This document shows, piece after piece, positions 26,476-40,900 of a stretch of DNA of 64,000 bases (within the stretch, counting starts at the first letter, position 1; each line of letters begins with the position of its first letter). Both the position numbers and the translations under genes were made by a program. The stretch covers positions 558,001 to 622,000 of the forward strand of contig NW_026858341.1 in NCBI RefSeq assembly GCF_026571515.1, read 5' to 3'. The notes under the pieces were generated by a model. The model saw only the letters and a list, made by a program, of their open reading frames with translations. It was not told the origin of the DNA and ran no database searches. The DNA comes from Ruditapes philippinarum (taxonomy: Eukaryota).

Positions 26476-28769
26476 ATATCGCTATATATGATATCTAAAT
26501 AAACAAACTAAATGTTGTCAAGGGACGTAATTTATACGCTTCACTTCTTTTTCCCCATCTTGTTCATTTGCAAGGGAATGGGAGATGACTGTAATAACTA
26601 TACAAACTTTAATGATAGTGCCGACTTGCTTAATTCTCTTTCCAATGAATGGAATTTAATATGAAACCAAATTGATTGTGTCCACATACAGAACAAAAAC
26701 ATACAAACAAAAGCTTCGAAAACTGTAGATTCAAACTAATATTAATTACAAAACAACTGTACTTAACTGTGTATAAAAATCGTAACCAAGATTGCTTATA
26801 TTGATGTTATAAAAAAAATCATGTTGTTATGTATCTATTTTAATTAAATCCTCTTCTTTGTGATAACTCTAAGTTTTGTTATTCAAAAATACTTATTTTA
26901 TATTCTCGGGAGAAATACCTAAGTATACTTATATCACAGGTGCTAAAACATGCTATCGAATAAAAACGAAGTTAAACTTCACAATACATACGATATCTTT
27001 GTTAAAGTTTCCTGCCAAATTTGGTGACTTCCACGCAGGACCGTGATAACAGTTTTTGCAAGATTATTTGAGCGTCTCTTTTGATTCAAGCATGTCTATT
27101 TTGAATATGCCTTTAAATATCTAATAAGTGGCAATGTATGTGTAAAGTGTTAAGATGAAAAATGGAGAAATGTTGTCAGCAATTATAAATGATACATTTG
27201 TATTTCAGAAAGGGCATAACATGTGAACAGCGATAAAGATAATATGTAACAGTGAAACATATTAATGAGAATGCTCTCTTGTAATGTATTAAAACAGACT
27301 TATCAAACTAATTCTTTTCACTAACATGAAATCATAACTATAATCATATCCATGTGACCATCAGTCAGCATCAACCGACAGTTTTTTCTTCCCAAGATCC
27401 TTGCTACAGTTGATACTGGTCATTTCCGGTTCTGCCGTCTTGGAACAGTTTGTGAAAGAGTAAACACATTTTGGTTATTTAATATATATATTTTATTTAT
27501 TGATTTGTAACGGAGACAAATCTACCCGAACACCTTGATAGGCTACTTTCTTCTGAGAGGATGATAAATCATGAAACATTTTTACACGATAAGCGAATAC
27601 CTTGCAGTCAATCATATACAAATAATTCGTCACTGCAGTTATTTGTTGGAAGGTAAACTACTCTTTTTTGTGCAACAAAACAATTTAACTATGTTCATTT
27701 AATCACGCGAATAACTGTAAGAAATCATTCAGTTATACATGCTATTTGATTCACATATACTTAGCAATGATTTGAGCATATTAGCAATGTTTTGAACTTC
27801 ACCGCTCATTGTAGCGACGAAACTAAAGGCAATGCTAACGATGACTTTCCCTAATGTATACACTTTTAATACGTTTACATCATTAAACTTTAAAACAAAT
27901 CTCCAAACAACAACTTTATGACTAAGGCAATTAATCTTTTGTTCTTTAAGAACATAATTTGATTGGTTTGACAAACACATCTTTTATATATTAAAAATAA
28001 TTTAATTTCATACAATTTTCAATAAAACAATATAAAAAGTAGTGTCAGGTACAACACAATTCAAATCATCAGATATTGCATTAAATGTAGTTTACTATAA
28101 AATCCCAGAATTTAGTTATACAAACACAACAAGTATAGGTATAAAAGAGAACAAACTCATATTGGAAATATTGTTTTTTTTTATTTAAGAAAACGTTGTT
28201 ATTTACATTGTTACTACATTGTGGGGCTTTTCAACATTACTATACATGACCACAATAAAAATATGATCCACCAAAACAGAGAATAATGTCAGTTGAAAGT
28301 TTTGTTGTGTCCAGTCCTATACCAATGCGTCTGTGTCGTCCTGCAGCGTTCCGATGAAGACACTTTATCAACTGTATCCTTAACTATGGCAACGGTAAGA
28401 CATACTCTAAGAACTACTTTATGCAAACGACTGAAAGGTTTACGCATTGTTATCTAGTGCAGGTGATGATGTAGTTGATCATTTTCTTATCTAACTATCA
28501 AATAACACAACCACTGGCCATAGAATTAGCAATTTTTTAATGGAAAAATGATTTTTTACTAATTATAGCTGCAACAGTTCGGTTTTGCCGTTTCGCGCGT
28601 TCTTCAGATCTTTAGAAAAAAAATTTCTGTCTCTGGATTTATTTTGTACATGTTAACTGAATGTCGTCTCTCAATTAGTAATATAGTTAGATGTTGTTTA
28701 AATGACACATCACGTTTATAATATTTCCATTCAGAAATTCAGTACATCTTAGAATCGTTCAATAAACGC

Positions 28770-28920
28770 TACGTAACAAAAGGGTGGATTTTGTCTAATT
28801 ATGTTCCAAATTTGTTTCTGTACAACTATGAAAAAAGGTCTTCTATGCACAAAATGAAGACCAAAACCCTAAACCAAGCAATATGTCCGAGCAATTCCCA
28901 CATGGCTTGGTCGTTTTGGG
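28770..28920 (-). repeat. Inverted diverged monomer of the adjacent satellite
   Basis: Reverse complement reads ACGACCAAGCCATGTGGGAATTGCTCGGACATATTGCTTGGTTTAGGG...TGTGCATAGAAGACC...GTTGTACAGAAACAAATTTG, matching the array monomer. Confidence 0.75.
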
Positions 28921-29029
28921 ACCGTTAATTTGCTGTTTTCGATACAAATGGAAAATCATGGAGACAAAACCCTCTTGAAATTGTGTTTACAGAGCAAAAA
29001 AAGGAAATGATAGCAAGAGGCACGCAAAA

Positions 29030-31220
29030 AAAAAGCCACCCGGAAATCTCCTGGACATATTACTTGGGGTAGGGCTTTAGGCATTTTCTTGTCCAAAGAA
29101 GACACTCTCAAGTTGGACAAAATTGAATTTGCATTGGAAAAGGTCAAATGGCTTATGAACGGTAGGCTGGTAAAATTGATGATTTTTTCCGAAATTTATA
29201 TACAGAAAAAGCAAATCGCTGGAAAATGACCTAGCCATGCGGAAATCTTATGGACATGTTCCTTGGGTTAGGGCTTTAAGCCTTATCATGTGCAAAGAAG
29301 ACCCTCTCAAATTGTAAAAAGTCAAATTTGCAACGGAATTGATCAAAAGGTTGTTGAATGGTAGGCTCGTGAATATGATGTTTTTCCCTAAATTTACATT
29401 GAGAAAGAACAATTCGCCGGTGCAAAAAATGACCAAGCCACGCAGAAATCTCCTGACATATTACTTGGGTTAGGGCTTTAGACCTTTTCATGTGCAAAGA
29501 AAACTCTCTCAAGTTGGATAAAATCGAAATTGCATTGGAATTGGTCAAATGACTTTTGAACGGTAGGCTCGTAAAATTTATGTTTTTTTCCGAAATTTAT
29601 ATACAGAGAAAGCAAATCGCTGAAAAATGACCTAGCCATGCGGAAATCTCATGGACATGTTCCTTGGGTTAGGGCTTTAAGCCTTATCGTGTGCAAAGAA
29701 GACCCTCTCAAGATGTACAAAATTAAATTTGCAACGGAATTGATCAAATGGTTTTTGAATGGTAGGCTCGTAATATGATGTTTTTCCCGAAAGTTACATA
29801 GAGAAAGAACAAATAGCCGGTGCAAAAAATGACCAAGCCACGCGGAAACCTCCTGGACATATTACTTGTGTTAGGGATTTAGGCCTTTTCATGTGCAAAG
29901 AAGACTGTATCAAGTTGGACAAAATTGAATTTGCATTGGAATTGGTCAAATGACTTTTGAACGGTAGGCTCGTGAAATTGATGTTTTTTCCGAAATTTAT
30001 ATACAGAGAAAGCAAATCGCTGAAAAATGACCTAGACATGCGGAAATCTCATGGACATGTTCCTTGGGTTAGGGCTTTAAGCCTTATCGTGTGCAAAGAA
30101 AACCCTCTCAAGATGTACAAAATTAAATTTGCAACGGAATTGATCAAATGGTTTTTGAATGGTAGGCTCGTAATATGATGTTTTTCCCGAAAGTTACATA
30201 GAGAAAGAACAAATAGCCGGTGCAAAAAATGACCAAGCCACGCGGAAACCTCCTGGACATATTACTTGTGTTAGGGCTTTAGGCCTTTTCATGTGCAAAG
30301 AAGACTCTATCAAGTTGGACAAAATTGAATTTGCATTGGAATTGGTCAAATGACCTTTGAACGGTAGGCTCGTAAAATTGATGTTTTTTTCCGATATTTA
30401 TATACAGAAAAAGCAAATCGCTGAAAAATGACCTAGCCATGCGGAAATGTCATAGACATGTTCCTTGGGTTAGGGCTTTAAACCTTATCATGTGCAAAGA
30501 AGATCCTCACAAGTTGTACAAAATCAAATTTGCAACGGAATTGATCTAACGGTTTTTGCATGGTAGGCTCGTGAATATGATGTTTATTCCGAAATTTACA
30601 TAGAGAAAGAACAAATAACCGTTTTCAAAAAATGACCAAGCCACGCGGAAATCTCCTGGACATATTGCTTAGGTTAGGGCTTTAGGCCTTTTCATGTGCA
30701 AAGAAGACACTCTCAATTTGTACGAAATCAAATTTGCATTGGAATTGGTCAAATGGCATTTGAACGGTAGACTCGTAAAATTGATGGTATTTTTTTCCGA
30801 AATTTATATACAGAAAAAGCAAATCGCTTGAAAGTGACCTAGCCATGCGGAAATCTCCTGGACATGTTCCTTGGGTTAGGGCTTTAAGCCCTATCGTGTG
30901 CAAAGGAGATCCTCTCAAGTAGAACGGAATTAAATTTGAAACGGAATTGATCAAATAGTTTTTAATGGTAGGCTCGTCAAAATGATGTTTTTCCCGAACT
31001 TTACATAGAGAAAGAACAAATCGCCGGTGCAAAAAATGACCAAGCCACGCGGAAATATCCTGGACGTATTACTTGGGTCAGGGCTTTAGGCCTTTTGATG
31101 TGCAAATAAGATGCTCTCAAGTTGTACAAAATCGAATTTGCATTGAAATTGGTCAAATGGCTTTAGAATGGTAGACTCTTAAACTTGATTGGGTTTTTTC
31201 CCCGAAATTTATATACAATT
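29030..31220 (+). repeat. Satellite array: about 200-bp monomers alternating as A/B in an about 400-bp higher-order unit, about 11 monomers
   Basis: CGGAAATCTC-like anchor recurs at about 29041, 29240, 29441, 29641, 29842, 30041, 30241, 30442, 30645, 30847 and 31049. Alternate monomers carry GGACATATTACTT vs GGACATGTTCCTT. Confidence 0.95.
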
Positions 31221-33226
31221 TGTTGTATATTTAATTTATTTTAATTGATTAAAAGCGTAAATTTATTTATATTAATTTATTCAAAGCGTTAATTTTGCAT
31301 AAAATTTATATACATAAGTGATTTTATAAATCCATACAAAAATGAAGGAATTGTTTTTTATTTCATTTAAAGGCGTGTGATCCATAAAACAAGTGATTAA
31401 TGTAATACCAGGCTGTACTATAAAACAATTGAACGTTATTTTAATATTTGTTTTCAGATAAAGGATCTTAAATGTGAAGAAGCCGATGTAATAGAAGAAT
31501 TCAATGTTCAAGATATCACATCATACCTAGATTTCATCAAGTGCTGCTTATGTATTTTTGTTATTTTATTTTAAGCAAGTAGCAGACATATCTTGGACAA
31601 TAGATTCAACATGAATCATACTAAAAAATAAATAATATATAAGTGACGACAGAATTATTTTCATTTGTTTTTATTTAAATACGATAGATATAGAAAAAGA
31701 TGATTCATAGGTGATGCTATAAATACAGTAATTCTAGTATGAATATAGATATTTCACGACGAGTGAAATATCAAAACTTTCATGCCACAATGTGCAAATT
31801 AATCCTGTATAGAAAAAACATTTTCAGTTTATTATATACATTTTCTCCTGTTCGACTTTTTAGAATTTGAAGGACTTCTTCTATAATGTTGTGAAGTGGC
31901 TGACTTTAGAAAAATGTGGTCCGGCAAGAAACTAGTGATAATACGTAAATATGTTTCACTGCAGTGAAAGATAAATTCTAAAAGTTCAAAAACGGAAACA
32001 ATAATCTTCCCATTTTAGGTATGCATTATTAAGGATATTTAAGAATATAATCAAGGTTTTTTTTCCCTACTTTTAACTTGATTTATATTATCGAGTGGTA
32101 TGAAAAAAAGATAATAATGAAAACAAATACCGTAAGTATAGAAAATAATAATTTTCTGTTTAATATATTTTTTCTCTGTTTTAAAATGATTACAGCTTTA
32201 ACAGCCCTCTTTTTATTTATTTATTATATGTATATTGACGAAAGTAGTTACGACACTAGTGAAATGCGGAAAAATATGTTACACTGCTGTAAAAGAAAGC
32301 TGATACATACAAAAGTATACGCATTTCAATTCGACAATATTTCTGAATGTTTTATTCATACATGTAAAATAATTTAAAATATACTTTACACCACATGTTT
32401 AGGATAGTATAAACATTAAAATTAAGATCAACATGCTTATCGACTTTTTATAAGATTTACCTAAAGAATCAAACATGTACGGTCATTGATAAACATATTT
32501 CTGTTCTTAACAATAAGAGGAAATATTTAACAGATAAATGTAATCATTTAGGCCTGGCGCCTGGGATAGTGGTAGGAGTTGGGAGGTACATGGTATTCAA
32601 GCTAAAGGTGTCTCATAAATCAGAAATGGCTGGCCCTTTCAGTAGAGGTGACACTATAATAAACAAGACCTTTACGTTTACCTTTTGTAATCGTATTCTA
32701 TATAGCCCATTATTATATTATTAATTTTATGTAAATTAATATTGGATGAATTTTGTTTCTCTACTATATATTCTCAAACAAAGTATGAAAACATGTACCG
32801 AACAAATATCAGATATTTGCGTTAGTTTTTAACCCTGCTATTTCATATTTTTGAAAAAAGTATTAATCGTCTAAAATTTATTAAAAGGCATTTGTAATGT
32901 GAATTAATGGCTGTTATATTGACCCGTTTTAAAGTAAGAGAAATATTTTTTTATGACTTATCATCAAATAACACTGAACAACGGTTTCCAACATTATCCT
33001 TAAAAAATAAACTCATATAAAACGATAGTAGAATATTATCCACAGAACGGACAGGTACAATGCGTTTCGTCTGAGGTTTAAAAGATAGGGGAGTTTTTCC
33101 CCTATGTCAGCCAACACTCTCTCTATCTCTCTCCCTGCATGTAAATTTGTTGCTGAAAAAGTGCCTATAGGTCGACCCCCCGGAAAAAAGGACATCTTGA
33201 ATTTCCTTTATTATTCAGGAACGCAT

Positions 33227-36101
33227 TATATGTATGTCTAAAAATTGGAAACAGATTTTAAAGTTTTCAGGACATACACTCGTATAATTACGTTTTTTAG
33301 TCATATGCCTAATAATATAACCACGATACTAACCTTTGTGAGGATATCATGTAAAATGAGCAAAGGCTCATCTAAATGTACATATTCTCTTGTTTATATG
33401 AAAGATATATGAGGAATCATATTAGAGATCTAAAAGATCATATACATGGACATACTCTATAGGATTTATAGAAGATGTTTGAGAGGATAATGTACCCTGC
33501 TCATCCGTTAGTTGTTATGGAACAGAAATGAGGGGTCAACCTAGATGACAAGGACGTCTTTTAGATGTATAAACTTACTTATTCTTATAAAACATATATA
33601 AGGGGATTAGGTATGATGACTAGGGGATCATCATCTAGATGTAAGTTAATATTTTATTATGGTAAAATTATGAGGGGGTCACGGCAAATGAGCAGGGGAT
33701 CATCTAGATAAACATTTAGATGATTTTGATGTACACATACTATATCTATTTGTAAATTATATAAGGTGATCTCGTAAGATGACCAGGGGTATTTAAGATG
33801 TTAATAGTTTCTAGTTATCTGAAACACGAATGAGGGGATCACACAATGCTTATATTATCGTCTGTACGTAGAAATTTTCTGGTTCTCAAAGGAAAATGTT
33901 AGAAGATCACTTAAAATGACAAAGAGATCATAAAAACTTCCTTTGCTTTTGTTCTGATATATATATATGAAGGGATCATCAAAGCTGACTATCAGGTCAT
34001 CTTATCTATCTAAATGTACTTGTACTGTAGATATTAAAGAACATAATATGTGATCCTAAATAATTTCCAAGATTTTATTTAAATACATACATTAGTTCTT
34101 ATGGAACATACATGAGGGTATCACATATATGTACATATAGTCATTATGGACCATGTACGAGGATATCATTTGAGATGACCGAAGATTATCTACATGTACA
34201 TATGCTCGTAAAGCGACCATAGGATCATGAACAATTACCATATTTGTATGAAGTATGTATGAAGGGATCACGTTAGGCGACCAGGGTATAAAACATAGGT
34301 ACATATACTCTATTCATTATGAACCATGTATGAGGTTATCATGTGAGATGACCAGGAAATTATCTTTATGTACATATACTCGTTAAGCGACCAGGGGATC
34401 ATTTAGATGAAGATATACTCTATTCATTATGGAACATGTATGAGGGAACCGTGTAAGATGACCAGGGTATCATTTAGTTTAGATGTACATATACTTTGTT
34501 TATTATCGAAAATATATCAGGAGATCACGTAAGACAAGGGGATCGTGTTGATGACAAATTCTATGTTTATTATTGAACATGTATTGTTTGATTACGTAAG
34601 ATGACCATTAAGATATACATATAAACTCTTTTTTTATCACGGAACTGATGTGTGGGATCAAGGTTAAATGACAGGCTATCTAGATGAAACATATGCCCTA
34701 TTTGTTATGGAAATTGTATGAGGGGATTACGTAAGACGACCAGGTGATGATATAGATGTTCATTTTCTCTGAAGTTTGTAAGAGGATCTCGTAACACAAT
34801 CATGTCGATGTCGATGACTGGTGATCATGTCGATGTACATTTACTCTATTCATATGTATGAGTGGATTACACAAGACTATCAGAGGGCCATTAGATGTAC
34901 ATAGACTTTTTAATGGAAAAGGATATTTCGGGATCAGTTTAAATAATCAAGGAATCTATATGTATATATAACCTATTTATTATGTGGGGATCACGTAAGA
35001 GGACTAGGGCTCCTCTAGATATAAATATATTCTATTTATTATGGAACATGCATAAGGCCATCATGTAAGATGGCCAGGAGATGATCTAGATGTACATGTA
35101 CTGTTTTTTCTTTCTTTGAACAGATATGAAGAGATCACGTAAGATGCAGCTAGTAAGATGACCGGGGATCCTTCTAGATATACATAAACTCTAATTATTA
35201 TGGAATATGTATGAGGGAATCACTTAAAATGACCAAATGGTTATAAAAATGTTTCAATACTCTAGTCTTATAAAAAGAAATTATGGGGGAATCACATAAG
35301 CTGATCAGGGATCCTTAAATGTACATATACTTTAGTTCTGTTCAAACATGTATGAGATTTCTAGCGGATCATTTAAATGTACAAATACTCAAAAATTAGA
35401 TAGCATGTATAAGGGAATCAGTAAGATGACCAGGTTGTTACCTAGATGTACATGTTCTTTTCATTTTAGAATTATGTATGAGGGGTTCATGGAAGACCCC
35501 AATGTTGTTCATATACTTTGTTTCATATTGAACTTATTAAGTGACGTTAGATGAGCAGAGGATCATTTTCTGTTTTTCCAGAATATGTATGAATGGTTCG
35601 TGCAAGATGATATAGTTTGACAAAGCTGTTCGTAACTTTAGTTCTTAAGCAACATAGTAAATCTAGTAGAATATATTTTTCAAAGTGATTAACCAAATTC
35701 CACTACCTTATCTCCTCATCACACCTAATCACCTCATATATGTTAAAAAAGAACTAGTCTAAAAAGAGTGTTTTTACATCTCAAAGACCTCCTGGTCATC
35801 TGAGGTGACCCCTCATACATGTTTCATAACAAATTATGTATATGTACATCTAGATGATCCCTTGCTCATCTTACATTATCCCCTCATACATCTTTTATAA
35901 AAAAAAATCTTGATATAATTTTCTCATATATCTTTCATATAAAAGTATATGGACATTAAGATGATCCTTTAGTCATCAAACATGAAAACCTCACATAGGT
36001 TCATATCGTTGTTAAATTATTAGGCATGTGAAACACCATTATTATAAGATTGTACGTCCTAAAGACTTTAAATTATATTTCCATTTTTAGACATACATAT
36101 A
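33227..36101. mobile_element. Foldback-like element: long inverted termini with internal degenerate about 60-70-bp tandem repeats
   Basis: 33227-33410 matches the reverse complement of about 35920-36101. Unit GATCACGTAAGATGACCAGGGGATCATCTAGATGTACATATACTCTATTTATTATGGAACATGTATGAGG repeats forward to about 35610 and inverted from about 35700. Confidence 0.8.
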
Positions 36102-37964
36102 TATTTATACAGAGGATTGAGCATATGCAATATTTACAAGTGACATTCAGAGGGACACTGATCAAGTCCACTATACTATTGTCTAGTTAATTCAGGATGA
36201 TAATGCTTTATCATAAATTTGTGCTTAATCTGTAGGCGGGGATTAATTTGCCAAGTGTTAGAAAATTGTGATTCTATCCCATGATTCAAATTATCGAATA
36301 AATAAATTTCAGTATACAATAAATATTTTTCATTATACAATATATATTTTCTAATATAGAACATACATATAGAAAATTATAATACACAAATACCTTTATG
36401 ATGAACAACTTTTAAGTAGGATAGAATAAATATTATGGTAAAGAATATAAAAATTAGCGTAATACAGTATAAAATATTGGATAAAGACCAAAAATAGATT
36501 GATTGAATTTTGCAACGTTTAACATGCCATTCCCGTTAAAAGAATTGACTGTATGCATTCAATCTACCACAAAAAAGATTGTTCAATACACCGATTTCTC
36601 GTATACGTGACCGGTATCTTTAAAGTATAATTGATCTTTACAGTTTACGTGACTGTGAGATAAATTGATTATGTATGCGTTGATCTATTTTAGGAATAGT
36701 GTTTGATAACTGTTCAAAAGTCTCCGCTGTTATTAAAAAAAGAATAGTTTGACTTTTAAATTGGATTCGCCCAAAATGGTCACATTTTCCATGAGTATTT
36801 TAAATATTGATAAAAAAAATAGTTAGTTCATTCTTTTGTTCTTTCTTGAAAAGAAAATGTTGATAGATTTATATCCACTGAATATGAATATTAATATATT
36901 GAATAATACTATAATTGTTCTACAACGATTTATTATCTGCTACATGCATATATAGATATATAATATCGAATCATGTTTCTTCTTACATTTCTCAACGACG
37001 TTTATATAATGATAATGTTTTCTTAGTGTGTTTGCATATATTATACTTAACACTATCATAAAATTATTTATGGCATTAGTGTCGTTAAAGATGTTTGCAG
37101 AATGTTTCATTACTCGATTATGTAAACGTATGTAAATGTTAACTTACGGTTTATGTAAATAATAGGGGATTGTAGTTCTTGATTGGTGTGTATCAAACGT
37201 ATATTTTACAGAACAAGTAAGTTATATTACAATAACGTTTGAATATTTAGTATTTCCTATAAACAAAATAATTTTACCAAACATGACATCTGTAAGAGCC
37301 CAATTAAACGACACTGGCATATTTCTATCGTACATCTGTCTCTTATAATAACAGATATCTTTAAAATTACTATATAAATGTCCTTTACATATATTTCTGA
37401 CAACAGTTTTATTTTGATTGAATGATTTAATTGTTTTTTTTAAATATCATTCTTCTGTATTTACAACGTTCCTGAATTATCTAAAGAAATGCGTTAAAGC
37501 GCTTTATTTGTCGTTATAAAACAAACAAAAAAATATTTGTTTTTTTTTCAAAACCAACACGAATATGATTATTACGGTTTCTCCGATGAACAACGTAAAT
37601 TAATTACTATCATTGAATATAAATATTTTATGCAAAGCATGTATATTTCTTATAAAGGTCGTATGACTTTAAAAAATTAAAGAATAAAAGAGGAAGAAAT
37701 GGAAATGCACACTTTTAGATATATATACAATTTCCTGTTCAACTATAAATGAAACGGAATATCCGCTTTGTCAGACTAATTCCTGACGTATTAAATGTCA
37801 AGGAACGGTACCCAATAGCTTATGGCATTTTAGTAAGTACATGTATTTCTAATCTATCGTTAACTCATGATAAAACTTTCTAATGCACTGTAACAAAATT
37901 TTCAAATCCAGTCGAAGTCCTGTTCAGCTTGTCTAGTTATTCCTACTATTTCAAGAACCGAATA

Positions 37965-40900
37965 TCAGTTTTGTATTTTTGAAAGCTGACAATGAGGACA
38001 TCGGATGTGACATCGTAGCTTTTCCTTTGCTAATTGGACAACAAACAGTCCATTTCTCGATGAGATATTTTTCATGACCTTTACTTCTGGTATCGATATC
38101 TTTGTCCATCTTAAATCTTTGGGGAATGTGCTCGCCAGAAGTTCTTCATGTCGAATATAGCTAATATCTTGATCAAATAAGTACCAACTGTTGTAAAATC
38201 TGATCCAATAGCCGTTACAGAAAAGATAGTCCATCATTTGGCCATTCGATTCAAGCTCAAGTAGCTTTATCTGGTAACTTTGAGATGTGAGTGACCAGTA
38301 GGTACGCGTCAAACAATAGCAACGATCGTTGTTATATATGACAAACCCATTATTTGTCGAAGACAATGTATATCCTGTATCCTGCTCTAAACAAAATGTT
38401 TCCATTTTGTAATTTACAAAATCAAACAGTAAAACAGAATTGTTCTCTTTTGAGAGCAATGCTACTGTAGAACATGTACTATTTAAGCATGCTTGTGAAA
38501 TTTCAATGTTCCTCAAAGACAATATTGGTACAATTTCTACATCTCCAATATTGACGTTTCCAATGTAAACCGTGGTATAAATCGTATCTTTGACAGTCAA
38601 ATTCTGATCCTCGCTACGAAATAGTGCTGAGTATGGTTCTTCATTATCAGAAATAATCTTTATTCTGGCTCGTGATGATTCAATACCAATGTTACTTGAT
38701 GAAGGTCCGGGACACTCTGCATCAATATGTATATAATCAGCAAGTGTTTCTATAATTTGAACATTTTTCCTGGTGAGAACAAGCAAAGTGTTATCTGCTA
38801 GGCATACATTTGTAATTGTTTTGTCACATATGTCCTCATCTTTCAGGGCAAACTTGTACTGGTGTATGTTGTGAGTTTCTAAATTCAAGGTCGTAAATAT
38901 GGGCATCAAGTGACATTCGGCATTAAAATATACAATGTCACTTTTGGTAAAATATACCTCAGGTGTTGTGTTCCTAATGCCAGAAATATTTCTATGAAGG
39001 ATATCGTAGCTGTTTTCCGGAATCAATTTACACCAAGTGTCGCTTTGAAGATCAAGGCCCAAAAGAGAACCTTTCTCGCCAGACATAATCAGTACATCAC
39101 GTTTGCATTCACTTCCATGAGGCGTTATTACAACATCTTTTGACAGTAAAATTTCGTTTACCAGTTTAACAGAAGATGCTTCCCTCAACACAGAATCTGT
39201 TACATCTTGTATGTCAATTGTTTCAAATAGTTCAATAATATTTGTTTTTATCTCATCGGAGTTTTCTCTGATCCATTTTATTAGAAACGATAACCTTTCG
39301 TCCATTGTTACATAGGAAAGCCTTTCATCCGTAAAAAATCTTTTGATTAATTCCTTTGAAAATTGCAATGCCTCCTGTTTTTGCAAAACTTCGGGCAAAT
39401 GGCTTTCTATATAAGCCATACAGTTTGGAACTTCAAAATTGTATACCGAGGATAGTTGATAGACGAACATGTGTGTTTCTTCTGTAATTTCAGAGGAACA
39501 CAGCCAATTAATGCAGTAAGTTTTAAGACCTGCAATCATAAAGTATTCTGCTTGTTGAAGGAGAAGCTCTACATTGTCTACGTTTATATCTGGCACCACG
39601 CCATATAGATACATGATGGCCATTTCAACTGAATTGGACGTACCAACACTCACTTCCACCACACCTGCAATAAAATTCATTTTAAGATATAGTTATAAAA
39701 CTCCTCCATTATCGTCTATAATTTGCAAAGATTTTGTGCAAGACAAAAGCTATCATTTCTTACGCATCTTCATCATCATGTTTAACATTGTACACTGTAA
39801 CAAACAATAAAACAGGCAAACGCAAAAATAAAGACGATAAATGATATCCACTTAATGATATAGCTGGCTTGAAACATATCAATAAATATATTCTATTTCG
39901 ATAGACGATGATAACGTCAACATCGTTTCCGTCATATCGAAAGATAAAACAAAGCACGAAAGAAACAAATTCTATTGTAAACAAATGATAGACATTGTAA
40001 TTCTGGCAATCTCGATACGGATATTTTGTAGAATAGAAAACCATATCGGAAGGGAGGATCACACATTCCAGGACCACCATCCGTCTTCTCAAGACAAGGA
40101 CTATACTTACACTGACTGATCGGTGCTGTATCGTACTAACTTATATGTCGTTTAACATGAATTCCTTTAATTCAATAATTAAATCTATTAAATGCTTTTA
40201 TATTTAGAAATTTGACTTTCATTCTTGAGCCAAAATTGTCAGGATCAAAGTGGGAAATGCGGAGAGACCACCAAGCCCCCGTCAATATTCCCGTGCTCCC
40301 CAAAGGGTAGATCCTGTAATTTAACTACCTCTATTCCAAAATAAAAAAAAACTGTAATTATTTATGGAAAATATATATAATAATTTTTTTATTAAACTTA
40401 GTTAAACGCCCGCTAAATGTTATTTCCGTTCTTGGGGACACAAATGCACACTTTCAAACGCAGTTAAATGAAATCGGAAATATTAAAAACAGTTAACGAA
40501 AATCGCAAAAAAACTTTGCAAACTGAAAGAAACACTTTTATGAAACAGAATTTGAACGATGCACACAGGCATAAATTTGCCAAAACAGACACGGACTACA
40601 GATTGTTACTTAAAAAAGAGAAAGAAAAATACCTAACTGACAAGCACATTATTTTGATTGTATATCCTTCGTCTTGACTTTCAGTAAATCTACACCTAAA
40701 GTCATGCAATCATCAACAGATAACACTTTTTATTTCTAATCAATAAATAGAATTATATTATAGTTTAAATTAATTCATATATTAGTGACATATTAAGTTT
40801 GTAGACATTAATGAAGGTGAAAAGAATGTTATACACTCTTTGAGTATACTTAAACCTATTTACCATTTTGCTTTTCCATAAAGTTTGCTCTTATTGCTCT

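Noticed and set aside
27190-28400. Possible exon fragments downstream of the EF-hand gene
   Set aside because: Short open stretches with isolated splice-like sites; no recognisable domain or consistent exon chain.
29060-31090. Interstitial telomere
   Set aside because: Only one TTAGGG per 200-bp monomer, with no tandem telomeric tract.
29030-31220. CRISPR-like array, or coding repeats (ORFs 28956-31032)
   Set aside because: Whole units repeat with no unique spacers, there are no cas genes, and the context is eukaryotic. The ORFs are frame-inconsistent by-products of the satellite.
37965-39680. Intronless retrogenes or viral BTB-Kelch genes
   Set aside because: Each long ORF is exon 3 of a spliced gene; two upstream BTB exons with conserved intron positions were found.
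38910-40092. Antisense or intronic ORFs (38910, 39574, 39760; likewise 44192, 44379, 45218, 54147, 54455, 60203)
   Set aside because: Shadows of real exons or AT-rich intron. Similarity between them reflects paralogy on the coding strand.
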